In this document: positions 29,775 through 38,306 of the stretch, piece after piece
Layout of the letters: every line of letters begins with the position of its first letter
Position numbering within the stretch: the first letter of the stretch is position 1
IMG/VR virus record: IMGVR_UViG_2687453522_000003
Location: 1 to 40,804 of that record
Length of the DNA: 40,804 nucleotides
From: a virus
Lineage: Duplodnaviria > Heunggongvirae > Uroviricota > Caudoviricetes
Direction: 5' to 3' (one strand)
Made by a program: the position numbers and the translations under genes
The notes under the pieces: model-generated
Seen by the model: only the letters and a program-made list of their open reading frames with translations
What the model was told of the DNA's origin: nothing
The model's database searches: none

Positions 29775-30770
29775 TCAGGCCAGCACACCAATTGCCAGTG
29801 CACGATCGATAAAACGAAATATCAGCTCCAGCTGGGAGCCATACTTCTCTTCAAATGCCACGGTATCCGCATGCAGCTCGTCGTGATGCTTTCTGCACAA
29901 AGGCAACACAAAGAGGTCATGCGCTTTTGTACCCATTCCCCCCTGACCGTGGCCTATCAGGTGGTGGGGATCATCAGCAGGCTTTCCACAACATGCACAC
30001 AGCTGCGTCTTAACCCAGCGCGTGTACTTTTCATTAACCCAGCGGCGACGTTTTGGGCGTAACATAAAAGACTCCGGCGACTCCGGATCCACTTCCAGCG
30101 CCAGCACTTTTTTCGCTTTATCCTGGATGATGCTGGTGGCAGGAACCGAAGGCACAAGGTCACTTTCCCGGGTAACAGACGGCACAACAGGCTTCGGTAA
30201 TCTAAGTGCCTTACGGGCTGCACTTTCCGGTAAGGCATCCGCCAGGTCATTACAAATCAGCCACCAGCACAGTTCCGGCATTGTCACAACGTGACTGTCA
30301 TCAAAACCGAGATCCCGACGCACAACAGACAACACCCAGCGGGCACAGTTATCCGTTGCCATTGATTCCAGCCGTTCCGTGAACTGATCGCGCAGCTGGT
30401 TATCGCAGTGCCAGCACAGACGGATTGCACCCGGAGCGTGTCGCATTGTGGTCATGTTCTCGCTGTGCCAGTCGGAATGAGGCCACTGGCAGCCTTTTTC
30501 ACGAAGTAACCAGCTTTCAAGACATTCCACGCCACCAGCACGACGGATCACTGCCTCATTGCGGAACACGGCCCGAACGGCAGGATCATCCGCCAGCGGT
30601 TGTGATGCCGCCGGAACGGCACCACTGGCGAAAGATGAATAACGTTCCGGCTCAGGCTCCAGCAGGATACGCCCCTGCATAAACAGGGGCATCAGCTCTG
30701 AACCTGGTCTGAACAATACGATCCCCATACGCGGGGCAATTTCAGGGGTCAGTAGTGCTCTCACGGTCAC
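29775..30770 (-). CDS. DUF968-type nin-region protein with HNH-like Cys/His motif
   Basis: C-terminal CACCGKP...HHLIGHG...HD...LPLCRKHH; family assignment from memory. Confidence 0.6.
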   Translation of the reverse strand: MTVRALLTPEIAPRMGIVLFRPGSELMPLFMQGRILLEPEPERYSSFASGAVPAASQPLADDPAVRAVFRNEAVIRRAGGVECLESWLLREKGCQWPHSDWHSENMTTMRHAPGAIRLCWHCDNQLRDQFTERLESMATDNCARWVLSVVRRDLGFDDSHVVTMPELCWWLICNDLADALPESAARKALRLPKPVVPSVTRESDLVPSVPATSIIQDKAKKVLALEVDPESPESFMLRPKRRRWVNEKYTRWVKTQLCACCGKPADDPHHLIGHGQGGMGTKAHDLFVLPLCRKHHDELHADTVAFEEKYGSQLELIFRFIDRALAIGVLA

Positions 30771-30771
30771 C

Positions 30772-31581
30772 TCAATGTACGGTATCGAGCAGCTTTAACA
30801 GCTCAGGGAATCGGGATTCGAAGAAATGCGGCTGCGTCTCGCGCGGATTTGCGGGACTGGTGATGTTCTTGCCGAACATGCAGCCTTTCGCTGTCAGCGA
30901 CCAGAATTTTTTGATGTTGTTAATCGCGGTACGGCTGTATCGTTCGCGCTGCTCGACGATCCCCAGCTTCGCCATCTGGTGATATACCTGATTAGCTGTC
31001 AGGCGGATACCATACTGTTTCAGCAGTGCACTCAGCGACAGCGTAGGGCGACTTGAGCCATCAGGCGCGTCAGCAGGAGCATCAATGGCATAGCGTGGTG
31101 CCAGATTCGGTAAGCCAACAGCCTCCTGGAGTTTCTGACAGGCCCCAAGCACAGATGAGTTAGACAGGTTTAACTCCCGGCGCATAAAGTCCAGCAGAAT
31201 CACGCCAGCCTGCATCTTGTCAGCAGCCTGCCCGGATAATTTTTCCGGTACGCTGGTTACCATATCGAAAGTACGGATCACCTTCAGATGGAATGACGGG
31301 CTGATCCACATTGCATAGGCATACACCAGTTCTTTGCAGACATACGTCCCCTGGTTATTTCCGCCATTAATGACGCTAACTGGTTGATTTTGTTCCAGAG
31401 GCGGAATTCCACCCTCGGTGAAAAGTTGTTCAATCAATTCACAGGTTTGCTTATTGGAGAGCCAGTATTTCGGGCGGTTTTTTTGTTCTCCCCCGGCTGC
31501 CCTGTGCAGATCGTTCAGGCTGTAACGCCCATAAGCATCACGACGAACTTCAATACCATCAATGACCATCAGATTATTCAT
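30772..31581 (-). CDS. KilA-N domain antirepressor-like protein
   Basis: N-terminal region around YSLNDLH typical of KilA-N; Ant-like C-terminal half. Confidence 0.6.
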   Translation of the reverse strand: MNNLMVIDGIEVRRDAYGRYSLNDLHRAAGGEQKNRPKYWLSNKQTCELIEQLFTEGGIPPLEQNQPVSVINGGNNQGTYVCKELVYAYAMWISPSFHLKVIRTFDMVTSVPEKLSGQAADKMQAGVILLDFMRRELNLSNSSVLGACQKLQEAVGLPNLAPRYAIDAPADAPDGSSRPTLSLSALLKQYGIRLTANQVYHQMAKLGIVEQRERYSRTAINNIKKFWSLTAKGCMFGKNITSPANPRETQPHFFESRFPELLKLLDTVH

Positions 31582-31600
31582 ACTTCGTTTCTCCTCTTAA

Positions 31601-31990
31601 TCAGGCGGCTGCACCCGCCGGTTTCTCATACTTACTGATAGTGATCTCGACCTTCCCTTTCTGGATAACCGGTCCCCACTCCACCAGCATTCTTTTCACC
31701 TGGCTGTCGTCTTCCCACACACCCGCGTGGGTCAGGGCGTCAAACAGCGCCTTGTTATAGTTGTCCAGATCGCGGATCCGGTTATCCGGAGGAAACAACA
31801 CGATCTCCACTGAAGCTGGTGCCGACGTTGGTTTCGGCAAACGACGTAACTGCTCAATGATGGCTGCACACGCTGCGCTCTGGAATTTTCGCCCCGCCGC
31901 GCTTATCAGGCTCTTACCTGCAAGCGCCCCTTTATTGGGGTGTCGCCAGTACGTGTTCACGCTGGGCGGAAAAGGCAGGATCAATTTCAT
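31601..31990 (-). CDS. rusA: Holliday junction resolvase RusA
   Basis: LPFPPSVNTYWR ... DLDNYNKALFDALT ... DDSQV motifs. Confidence 0.85.
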   Translation of the reverse strand: MKLILPFPPSVNTYWRHPNKGALAGKSLISAAGRKFQSAACAAIIEQLRRLPKPTSAPASVEIVLFPPDNRIRDLDNYNKALFDALTHAGVWEDDSQVKRMLVEWGPVIQKGKVEITISKYEKPAGAAA

Positions 31991-32313
31991 ACTTTCAGGC
32001 CCCTCTCATGTAACCAGTGGGCTGCACGCAGCCTGGCGTTTTCCTCACCGGCAAGCAGTGAGCGGATAATCCCGACCGCCTCGCTGTCGTCGTCCTTCAC
32101 CGCGGTATGAAGAGTGATACCCCGGGCCACGCCACGCTTTATCGTGATGACGCCTTTTTTCTCCAGTGCGCGGAGGTGCTCCACAGCTGCATTCACTGAA
32201 CGGTATCCCAGCATGGTTGCCACCTCCTGATTGGTTGGCGGAAAGCCACGCTCTTTCTGATAAGAAATCAGCATATCCAGCACCTGCTGCTGGCATTGAG
32301 TTAACGTCGTCAT
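31987..32313 (-). CDS. LexA N-terminal DNA-binding-domain-only protein
   Basis: LTQCQQQVLDMLISYQKERGFPPTNQEVATMLGYRSVNAAVEHLRALEKKGVI aligns with the E. coli LexA N-terminal domain; no S24 peptidase domain; start chosen at the ATG overlapping the upstream stop (TAATG). Confidence 0.7.
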   Translation of the reverse strand: MTTLTQCQQQVLDMLISYQKERGFPPTNQEVATMLGYRSVNAAVEHLRALEKKGVITIKRGVARGITLHTAVKDDDSEAVGIIRSLLAGEENARLRAAHWLHERGLKV

Positions 32314-32807
32314 TACGCCCCCACGTAATTCCCTGACAGATACCACTCTTCACCCGATGCAGCGCGCTTGCTGCTTTTCTGTAAGCACTGCTCACGACGC
32401 GCCAGAAAATTGTTTCGTTCTGGCTGGGAGTGGCTTTCACGGAATGCCGCCATCCACACGGTTGCAGCACGACGGTATAAGCCCCTTGACTCCAGTTCTT
32501 CAGCCTGGCGGGTCAGGCACAAAATCACCCGGGGCTCGTTAGTGCCGACATAGAAATTGCGCACAGGTCTGGTTTCACGAACTGGTTGTGGTTCCGGCTC
32601 CTGCGCTCTCTCAGTCAGGCGCGGGAAATGTCTGCGTGTATCTCCTTCACAACGGTGAGCCACACGCCCACTCTGACGTAACTTGCTTACAGACTGCAGA
32701 ACGCGCTGCCGTGAGTAACCTGCAAAAGCATCCGCAATGTCTCCGGAAGTACAGCCCGGATGGGCTTCAATGAATTTCTGAACGTCATTCAAAAGACTCA
32801 TGATCAC
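32313..32807 (-). CDS. Hypothetical protein with PerC/ANR-like motif
   Basis: AEELESRGLYRRAATVWMAAF resembles the PerC-family signature (from memory); sits where a helicase loader is normally found. Confidence 0.45.
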   Translation of the reverse strand: MIMSLLNDVQKFIEAHPGCTSGDIADAFAGYSRQRVLQSVSKLRQSGRVAHRCEGDTRRHFPRLTERAQEPEPQPVRETRPVRNFYVGTNEPRVILCLTRQAEELESRGLYRRAATVWMAAFRESHSQPERNNFLARREQCLQKSSKRAASGEEWYLSGNYVGA

Positions 32808-33745
32808 CCCCTGAATCCTGCCGGGATCTGGCTGTAGTCCACGTTGTCGTAACTGGCTTTGAAGTACGGGTCTTCACGTTTTTCTGTGTGCGTGCTGACG
32901 GACGGCGATAAGCGCAGGGAAAGCTCATCCCATTTTTCCCGCAACTTCGACGGGCTGAGCACGTTACGGCACCAGAACGGATCGCGGCTGACGCGGCTGT
33001 ACATCTCGCAGATTTGTTTGTGAGTACGACCATCCTGCACACACATCAGGCGAATTTCGTTTGCCCAGGCTGTCCAGTTCGGTTCTTTGGGACGAACCAC
33101 CTCGCCGTCACATTCGGCGGCCTGCTCGTACAGGGCAATGATTTTTTTCCAGAGCCACTGTGCGCAGGTCAAATCATCCTGCGTTCCCCACTGGCGCTTT
33201 TTAGGGCTGAATACAACCGCATCAGGATGGCGAGTTAAAAAATCCTGTTCAGCCGTCTGCGTGTCCGGTTGCGAAGCGTCCGGACGAGAAGGTTTTTTAT
33301 CTGACGGATCATGTTTTGATTTTACTGACGGATCCCCGCCAGATTCTGACGGGTGAAAACCCGCTTTTTTGCCAGATTTCGACGCATCAAATTTTGACGG
33401 GTCAGATTTTGATGCGTCAGATTTTGACGGGTCAGAATCTGACAGTTGAGAAAAAGCCGCAACCTGAAGCTTCGCAACGTTAAGCTGATAAACATTCGAC
33501 GCATTGCGGTTACCCTGGCGACGCGCCTTACGCGTTAACCAGCCTTCTGCTTCCAGCCGTGCGATAGCCGTTCTGACGGTACTCATCCCCGCGCCAATCT
33601 GGCGGGCAATGGTTTCAATTGATGGCCAGCACACACCTTCGTCATTACTGAAATCAGCCAGGCGTGCCATAATTGCCACGCTGGATAATTTCATGCCTGA
33701 TGCAGCGCAACCATCCCATACATAGCCGGTTAATTTAGTGCTCAT
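32804..33745 (-). CDS. Replication initiator, O-like (winged-helix N-terminus, repeat-encoded linker)
   Basis: HTH-like N-terminus, internal SKSD/SKFD tandem peptide repeats encoded by DNA iterons, position after cro/cII. Confidence 0.7.
   Translation of the reverse strand: MSTKLTGYVWDGCAASGMKLSSVAIMARLADFSNDEGVCWPSIETIARQIGAGMSTVRTAIARLEAEGWLTRKARRQGNRNASNVYQLNVAKLQVAAFSQLSDSDPSKSDASKSDPSKFDASKSGKKAGFHPSESGGDPSVKSKHDPSDKKPSRPDASQPDTQTAEQDFLTRHPDAVVFSPKKRQWGTQDDLTCAQWLWKKIIALYEQAAECDGEVVRPKEPNWTAWANEIRLMCVQDGRTHKQICEMYSRVSRDPFWCRNVLSPSKLREKWDELSLRLSPSVSTHTEKREDPYFKASYDNVDYSQIPAGFRG
33296..33448. repeat. Iteron array (probable replication origin) inside the O-like gene
   Basis: Repeated CAGATTTTGACGGGT-type units, four to five at 15-bp period from 33374 to 33448 plus more irregular copies from 33296. 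Confidence 0.65.
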
Positions 33746-33754
33746 GACCGACCT

Positions 33755-34093
33755 CTATTTCCCTGAATTTACGACGAAACTGTTCGAGCGGGCTGAAGCA
33801 CTCATGCTCATAGCCTTCGCGGAGGTAGATAACTCGTTGTGTTTCCGGCTCCCAACGAATGACTCTGACGGGCACTCCGTAGTGATCTTTGAACCAGCGG
33901 TTAACTTGTCGCAAAGGACTGTCTCCTTCTGCCGGTTGAAATCACCCACAGCCCACTCAGCAAAGCTGTGGGTTACAATTTCCCTGTCACCTGGTACATT
34001 AACTGCATAGCAATACTCCACCTTCGCTTTTCCACCCGGTACAGGAAGCGCAATCAGTTGCGAGCGACGGTAGTGTGTTGTTAAACTGTTCAT
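33755..34093 (-). CDS. Hypothetical protein
   Basis: ORF whose start overlaps the upstream stop (ATGA) within the rightward-operon analogue; C-terminal half low complexity. Confidence 0.4.
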   Translation of the reverse strand: MNSLTTHYRRSQLIALPVPGGKAKVEYCYAVNVPGDREIVTHSFAEWAVGDFNRQKETVLCDKLTAGSKITTECPSESFVGSRKHNELSTSAKAMSMSASARSNSFVVNSGK

Positions 34094-34698
34094 GCGTTAG
34101 TTTCTCCACAGTCACGACACGCCACGGCGCCCGGAGCTGCACACTCGCGGGCGTCATTACTTTCTGAAATGCAAAAGATTTTGTAGACCAGTGCTGCATG
34201 CTCCTGCAGCTTCGAAATTGAGAGATACAGCTCGTCGTTAATTGCTGTCTTCTCATGCGGTTCCACCACACCGTCTTCGATTGCCGAACGAATCTGTCTG
34301 GAATAACTGCCAATCTGTTCAATGACTTCCAGCAGGCGCTGGTTAATATCGGCGTTGTCCACATCCTCGACGTCAGGAAGAGACACAAAGACGCCATTTG
34401 CAGACTGCGCCACAGCGTCAGCAATGAAGTGAGTTCCACCAGCACGTTGCAAAATCATTGCCCATCCCAGCGGGAAAATCTGATCGCCATCGGCACGAAG
34501 GCGGTTAAATAATGCGTTTTCTGTTACATCCAGCCAGTCAGCTGCTTCAGCGTAACCACCCGGCAACGCTGCGATAGTTTTTCTGACAGCTTTCACGTAC
34601 CACTCAGGCTGTTTTTCTACTTTCCAGTGATGCTTACCCACGGTTAGCCTCATCGTTCTGTGGTTTCTGTTAATCGATTTATCCATTAGATTTTTCAT
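34090..34698 (-). CDS. CII-like / YdaT-type regulatory protein (by position)
   Basis: Immediately downstream of cro; start ambiguous (34698, 34686 or 34653); track ORF extends to 34755. Confidence 0.4.
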   Translation of the reverse strand: MKNLMDKSINRNHRTMRLTVGKHHWKVEKQPEWYVKAVRKTIAALPGGYAEAADWLDVTENALFNRLRADGDQIFPLGWAMILQRAGGTHFIADAVAQSANGVFVSLPDVEDVDNADINQRLLEVIEQIGSYSRQIRSAIEDGVVEPHEKTAINDELYLSISKLQEHAALVYKIFCISESNDARECAAPGAVACRDCGETNA

Positions 34699-34879
34699 AA
34701 AGCTCAGGTTTAAATGGCAACCGTCCGCAAGTTCTATATGCAGCTTCTGCTGCACGTCCTTTTGGAATTAACTGGCCCGGACGGTTTCGCCACTGATAAA
34801 CGGCTTCAGTTGTTATGCCGAAAAAAGCAGCAACTTTCTCAATACTGCCGAAGTAGCTTTCGATATCGTCAGTTGTCAT
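34679..34879 (-). CDS. cro: Cro-like HTH repressor
   Basis: 66 aa, divergent from cI, HTH region FGITTEAVYQW. Confidence 0.75.
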   Translation of the reverse strand: MTTDDIESYFGSIEKVAAFFGITTEAVYQWRNRPGQLIPKGRAAEAAYRTCGRLPFKPELYEKSNG

Positions 34880-34891
34880 ACGCCCTCCAAA

Positions 34892-34954
34892 CTAAGTTTT
34901 ATTAGATGCTAATTACAAATCTATCTTTGGTCAATAAAAACTAAGATTACTTAG
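34892..34954. promoter_or_regulatory. OR-type operator region between cro and cI
   Basis: Two 14-bp sites CTAAGTTTTATTAG (34892..34905) and CTAAGATTACTTAG (34941..34954). Confidence 0.55.
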
Positions 34955-34976
34955 CAATTCAAGAAATGGTGCTCCT

Positions 34977-35603
34977 ATGGAAACGGTTGGTCAGCGTATA
35001 AAAGCTCTGAGAAGAGTTACCGGAACGTCCCAGAAAGAATTGGGTAAATTTTGTGGAGTAAGCGACGTTGCTGTGGGGTACTGGGAGAAAGACATCAATA
35101 CCCCTGGTGGGGAGGCACTTTCGAAATTAGCGAAGTTCTTCAATACGTCAATAGATTACATTCTTTATGGTGCTGAGTTTGAAGGCAAACTCGTCACAAA
35201 CATGCGCAGAGTTCCTGTAATATCGTGGGTTCAGGCTGGGCAGTTTACTGAGTGCAGGGCAGCAGAAGTGTTTAGTGAAGTGGACAAGTGGGTAGATACA
35301 TCATTAAAGATTGGTGATAACTCATTTGCATTAGAGGTTAAAGGTGACTCCATGACTAACCCTAATGGCCTCCCAACAATACCAGAAGGCGCAACAGTGA
35401 TTGTAGATCCAGATGCAGAACCTCGTCATGGAAAAATAGTCATCGCTCGACTTGATGGAACAAACGAAGCTACAGTAAAAAAATTAGTCATCGATGGCCC
35501 TCAAAAGTTTTTAGTGCCATTAAATCCTCGGTATCCCAACATCCCTATCAATGGTAATTGCCTTATCATTGGTGTAGTCAAAGGAGTTCAATACGAACTC
35601 TAA
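34977..35603 (+). CDS. cI: CI-type repressor (HTH plus S24 LexA-like peptidase domain)
   Basis: N-terminal HTH, Ala-Gly (QAGQ) cleavage site, GDSM serine and downstream KK. Confidence 0.85.
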   Translation: METVGQRIKALRRVTGTSQKELGKFCGVSDVAVGYWEKDINTPGGEALSKLAKFFNTSIDYILYGAEFEGKLVTNMRRVPVISWVQAGQFTECRAAEVFSEVDKWVDTSLKIGDNSFALEVKGDSMTNPNGLPTIPEGATVIVDPDAEPRHGKIVIARLDGTNEATVKKLVIDGPQKFLVPLNPRYPNIPINGNCLIIGVVKGVQYEL

Positions 35604-35620
35604 GACCTCTCTTCTCTAAC

Positions 35621-35682
35621 TAAGGCACCGAACTAAGAAAAGTTTGGTGTTTTCTCTTGCCATAATAACTAAGTTAAGTTAG
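35621..35682. promoter_or_regulatory. OL-type operator region downstream of cI
   Basis: CTAAGTTAAGTTAG (35669..35682) matches the OR sites; additional CTAAG repeats at 35621..35637. Confidence 0.45.
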
Positions 35683-35809
35683 ATTTTATATCAAAGATAA
35701 CGAACAGGCAGGACGCCCACGAAGTAGCCGCCTGGGGCATATGAAGTCCAGGATGATTCGTTGAGTCATGTTGTGCCACCAGGCACTCATGTTAAAGCAG
35801 GTGTATGAA

Positions 35810-36085
35810 ATGAAAGTCCAGATTTTAAACAATAACTGTGAAGTCGTTTGGTCATACGACATAGCCGCCCCTGTAGATCAGAGCGGCGATAGCTGGACCA
35901 ATGGGAAACATCAGATTATGGCTGGAGTTGTGTTCTCTTTACGCCGTGCTTTGGAACAGGCTGAAGTATTTCCATCAGACCCTGAATGGAAATGGCCTTT
36001 TTCTATTTGTCCAAATTCGGAGAGCACATTTCAGAAAATTGGTCAGAAAGTCGCACTCGAAGAGCATCAGCCAACTGTTTCCTGA
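35810..36085 (+). CDS. Hypothetical protein, first gene of the leftward-operon analogue
   Basis: AGGTG 6 nt upstream of the ATG at 35810; track ORF begins at 35768. Confidence 0.5.
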   Translation: MKVQILNNNCEVVWSYDIAAPVDQSGDSWTNGKHQIMAGVVFSLRRALEQAEVFPSDPEWKWPFSICPNSESTFQKIGQKVALEEHQPTVS

Positions 36086-36248
36086 TTTTTTCAGGTAACT
36101 CGTCGGCATCGCAGAAACAACAACGCTCGATCATGTTGAAAGCCGATTCGTAGAACTGTTTCTGCTGAGTGTCGCTGAGACAGGAAAAGAGCGACGTTAC
36201 GATGATTTTATTAATTGCATTATCAAGTTCTTTTTCATCAAAAGTCAT
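36003..36248 (-). CDS. Hypothetical protein, convergent with and overlapping 35810..36085
   Basis: AAGGAAAA ribosome-binding site upstream of the ATG; 81 aa, acidic. Confidence 0.5.
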   Translation of the reverse strand: MTFDEKELDNAINKIIVTSLFSCLSDTQQKQFYESAFNMIERCCFCDADELPEKIRKQLADALRVRLSDQFSEMCSPNLDK

Positions 36249-36502
36249 TTGATTTTCCTTTTATGTATACGCGCTTAAAAGGATACCACCGAGCCTGAAG
36301 TGGTGAAAAGACAGGCACATAACAGCTAAGTATTTTCAACCAGAGAGAATTCTTAGCGTTGTGGTGAATGCGGCTCAGCGCACGCGGGTTAAGGTTGAGG
36401 CTGACAGTCGACCTTCTGTGGATACCCACCCGCCTGGTGTGCAACCTTCGCCAGGCACCGGGAGGCACCCGGCACCACAACTTTATGCTGTGTGTAGTCT
36501 TG

Positions 36503-36548
36503 GCGGTACCAGCTTGTACCCTTGCTTCCGGCTGGTACCGTCCTTTTT
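36503..36548 (+). terminator. Intrinsic terminator within the leftward-operon analogue
   Basis: GGCGGTACCAGC ... GCTGGTACCG stem followed by TCCTTTTTAC. Confidence 0.55.
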
Positions 36549-36761
36549 ACAAAACAGAGAAGAGCATCACCGGACGACGGGCTCATAACCCAATCCATCC
36601 GGGCGGCTGCCACCGCAGGTGTTCTTCTATGTTTTGTGGAGAAACTAACCGCCCCTACGGGGGCATTTATGGAAATGTAATTGACTCAATAATCGCCGGA
36701 TGGTGAGGGATTCTTTTTACCAGAATTCAGCGCGGTGCAGCGCATATACGTGGAGAACAAA

Positions 36762-37298
36762 ATGTCATTTATTAAAACTTTTTCCGGGAAGCATTTTTAT
36801 TATGACAGGATAAATAAAGACGACATCGATATTAACGATATCGCGGTTTCCCTTTCAAATATCTGTCGCTTTGCCGGTCATCTTTCGCACTTCTACAGCG
36901 TCGCCCAACATGCGGTTCTTTGCAGCCAGCTGGTGCCGCAGGAATTTGCTTTTGAAGCGTTAATGCATGATGCAACAGAAGCGTATTGCCAGGACATTCC
37001 CGCACCACTGAAACGCCTTCTTCCTGACTATAAACAAATGGAAGAAAAAATAGACGCCGTAATCCGTGAGAAATACGGGTTACCCCCAGTTATGAGTACG
37101 CCCGTGAAATATGCCGATCTCATCATGCTGGCAACCGAACGCCGCGATCTCGGGCTTGATGATGGCTCTTTCTGGCCTGTACTGGAAGGTATCCCGGCAA
37201 CAGAGATGTTCAACGTGATTCCACTGGCACCGGGCCATGCCTACGGGATGTTTATGGAACGCTTTAACGAGTTATCGGAGTTACGCAAATGCGCATGA
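36762..37298 (+). CDS. HD-domain phosphohydrolase-like protein (YfbR/YfdR-like)
   Basis: H...HD...E pattern (SVAQHAV ... LMHDATEAY); 178 aa from the ATG after GGAG. Confidence 0.55.
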   Translation: MSFIKTFSGKHFYYDRINKDDIDINDIAVSLSNICRFAGHLSHFYSVAQHAVLCSQLVPQEFAFEALMHDATEAYCQDIPAPLKRLLPDYKQMEEKIDAVIREKYGLPPVMSTPVKYADLIMLATERRDLGLDDGSFWPVLEGIPATEMFNVIPLAPGHAYGMFMERFNELSELRKCA

Positions 37299-37651
37299 AT
37301 GTTTTCGAAATGGAAGGGTTTCTTCGTGGGAGATGTGTACCGCGAGATCTGAAAGTAAATGAAACAGATGCTGAATACCTGGTGCGTAAATTCGATGCGC
37401 TTGAAGCTAAATGTGCAGCACAGGAAAACAAAGTAATACCAGTGTCAACTGAACTGCCACCAGCAAATGAAAGTGTTTTGTTATTCGATGCTAACGGAGA
37501 AGGCTGGCTAATTGGCTGGCGTTCTCTCTGGTACACCTGGGGACAAAAAGAAACCGGAGAATGGCAGTGGACATTTCAGGTCGGGGACCTTGAAAACGTC
37601 AATATCACTCACTGGGCAGTAATGCCAAAAGCACCGGAGGCTGGAGCATAA
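37289..37651 (+). CDS. DUF551-like phage protein
   Basis: Trp-rich C-terminal GWLIGWRSLWYTWG; family from memory. Confidence 0.5.
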   Translation: MRMNVFEMEGFLRGRCVPRDLKVNETDAEYLVRKFDALEAKCAAQENKVIPVSTELPPANESVLLFDANGEGWLIGWRSLWYTWGQKETGEWQWTFQVGDLENVNITHWAVMPKAPEAGA

Positions 37652-37956
37652 TGACCACTTTTACCGACAAAGAACTGATTAAAGAAATTAAAGAGCGTAT
37701 CAGCAGCCTTGACGTGCGAGACGATATTGAGCGCCGTGCTTATGAAATCGCACTCCTATCTCTGGAAGTAGAACCAGATGAACGCGAAGCTTATGAATTA
37801 TTCATGGAAAAGCGTTTCGGTGACTTAGTAGATCGTCGGAGAGCAAAAAACGGCGATAACGAATACATGGCATGGGATATGACTCTCGGTTGGATCGTCT
37901 GGCAGCAACGAGCTGGTATCCATTTTTCAACAATGTCACAGCAAGAGGTGAAATAA
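37651..37956 (+). CDS. Hypothetical early protein
   Basis: ORF directly upstream of xis. Confidence 0.5.
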   Translation: MTTFTDKELIKEIKERISSLDVRDDIERRAYEIALLSLEVEPDEREAYELFMEKRFGDLVDRRRAKNGDNEYMAWDMTLGWIVWQQRAGIHFSTMSQQEVK

Positions 37957-38306
37957 TGGAGCCATACAGCCTCACACTCGATGAGGCCTGTCATTTTCTC
38001 AAGATATCCAGACCGACTGCCATTAACTGGATACGCACAGGGCGTCTTCAGGCAACACGCAAAGATCCCACTAAGAATAAATCTCCTTACCTCACAACAC
38101 GACAAGCCTGCATTGCGGCTCTTCAGTCTCCGCTGCATACTGTCCAGGTGAGCGCGGGTGATGGCATAACAGAGGAAAGAAAATGTCACTCTTCCGCAGA
38201 GGTGAAATATGGTACGCCAGTTTCACATTGCCGAACGGTAAAAGATTTAAACAGTCTCTTGGAACAAAGGACAAAAGGCAGGCGACAGAACTCCATGACA
38301 AGCTAA
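37956..38306 (+). CDS. xis: Excisionase (P22 Xis-like)
   Basis: 116 aa from the ATG at 37956, overlaps the int start in another frame. Confidence 0.7.
   Translation: MEPYSLTLDEACHFLKISRPTAINWIRTGRLQATRKDPTKNKSPYLTTRQACIAALQSPLHTVQVSAGDGITEERKCHSSAEVKYGTPVSHCRTVKDLNSLLEQRTKGRRQNSMTS

Noticed and set aside
33738-34010. 90-aa plus-strand ORF between the O-like and cII-like genes
   Set aside because: Antisense to the minus-strand operon, where the ORF 33755..34093 has translational-coupling overlaps at both ends; the minus-strand reading is preferred, though with low confidence.
35604-36250. An N-like antiterminator gene after the leftward promoter region
   Set aside because: Neither small ORF here has the Arg-rich N-terminal motif expected for N; no N gene is called.
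36361-36706. Plus-strand ORFs of 75 and 112 aa, and minus-strand ORFs of 74 and 80 aa, in the GC-rich stretch
   Set aside because: Low-complexity translations, no ribosome-binding sites and mutual overlap; the region is treated as non-coding or decayed.
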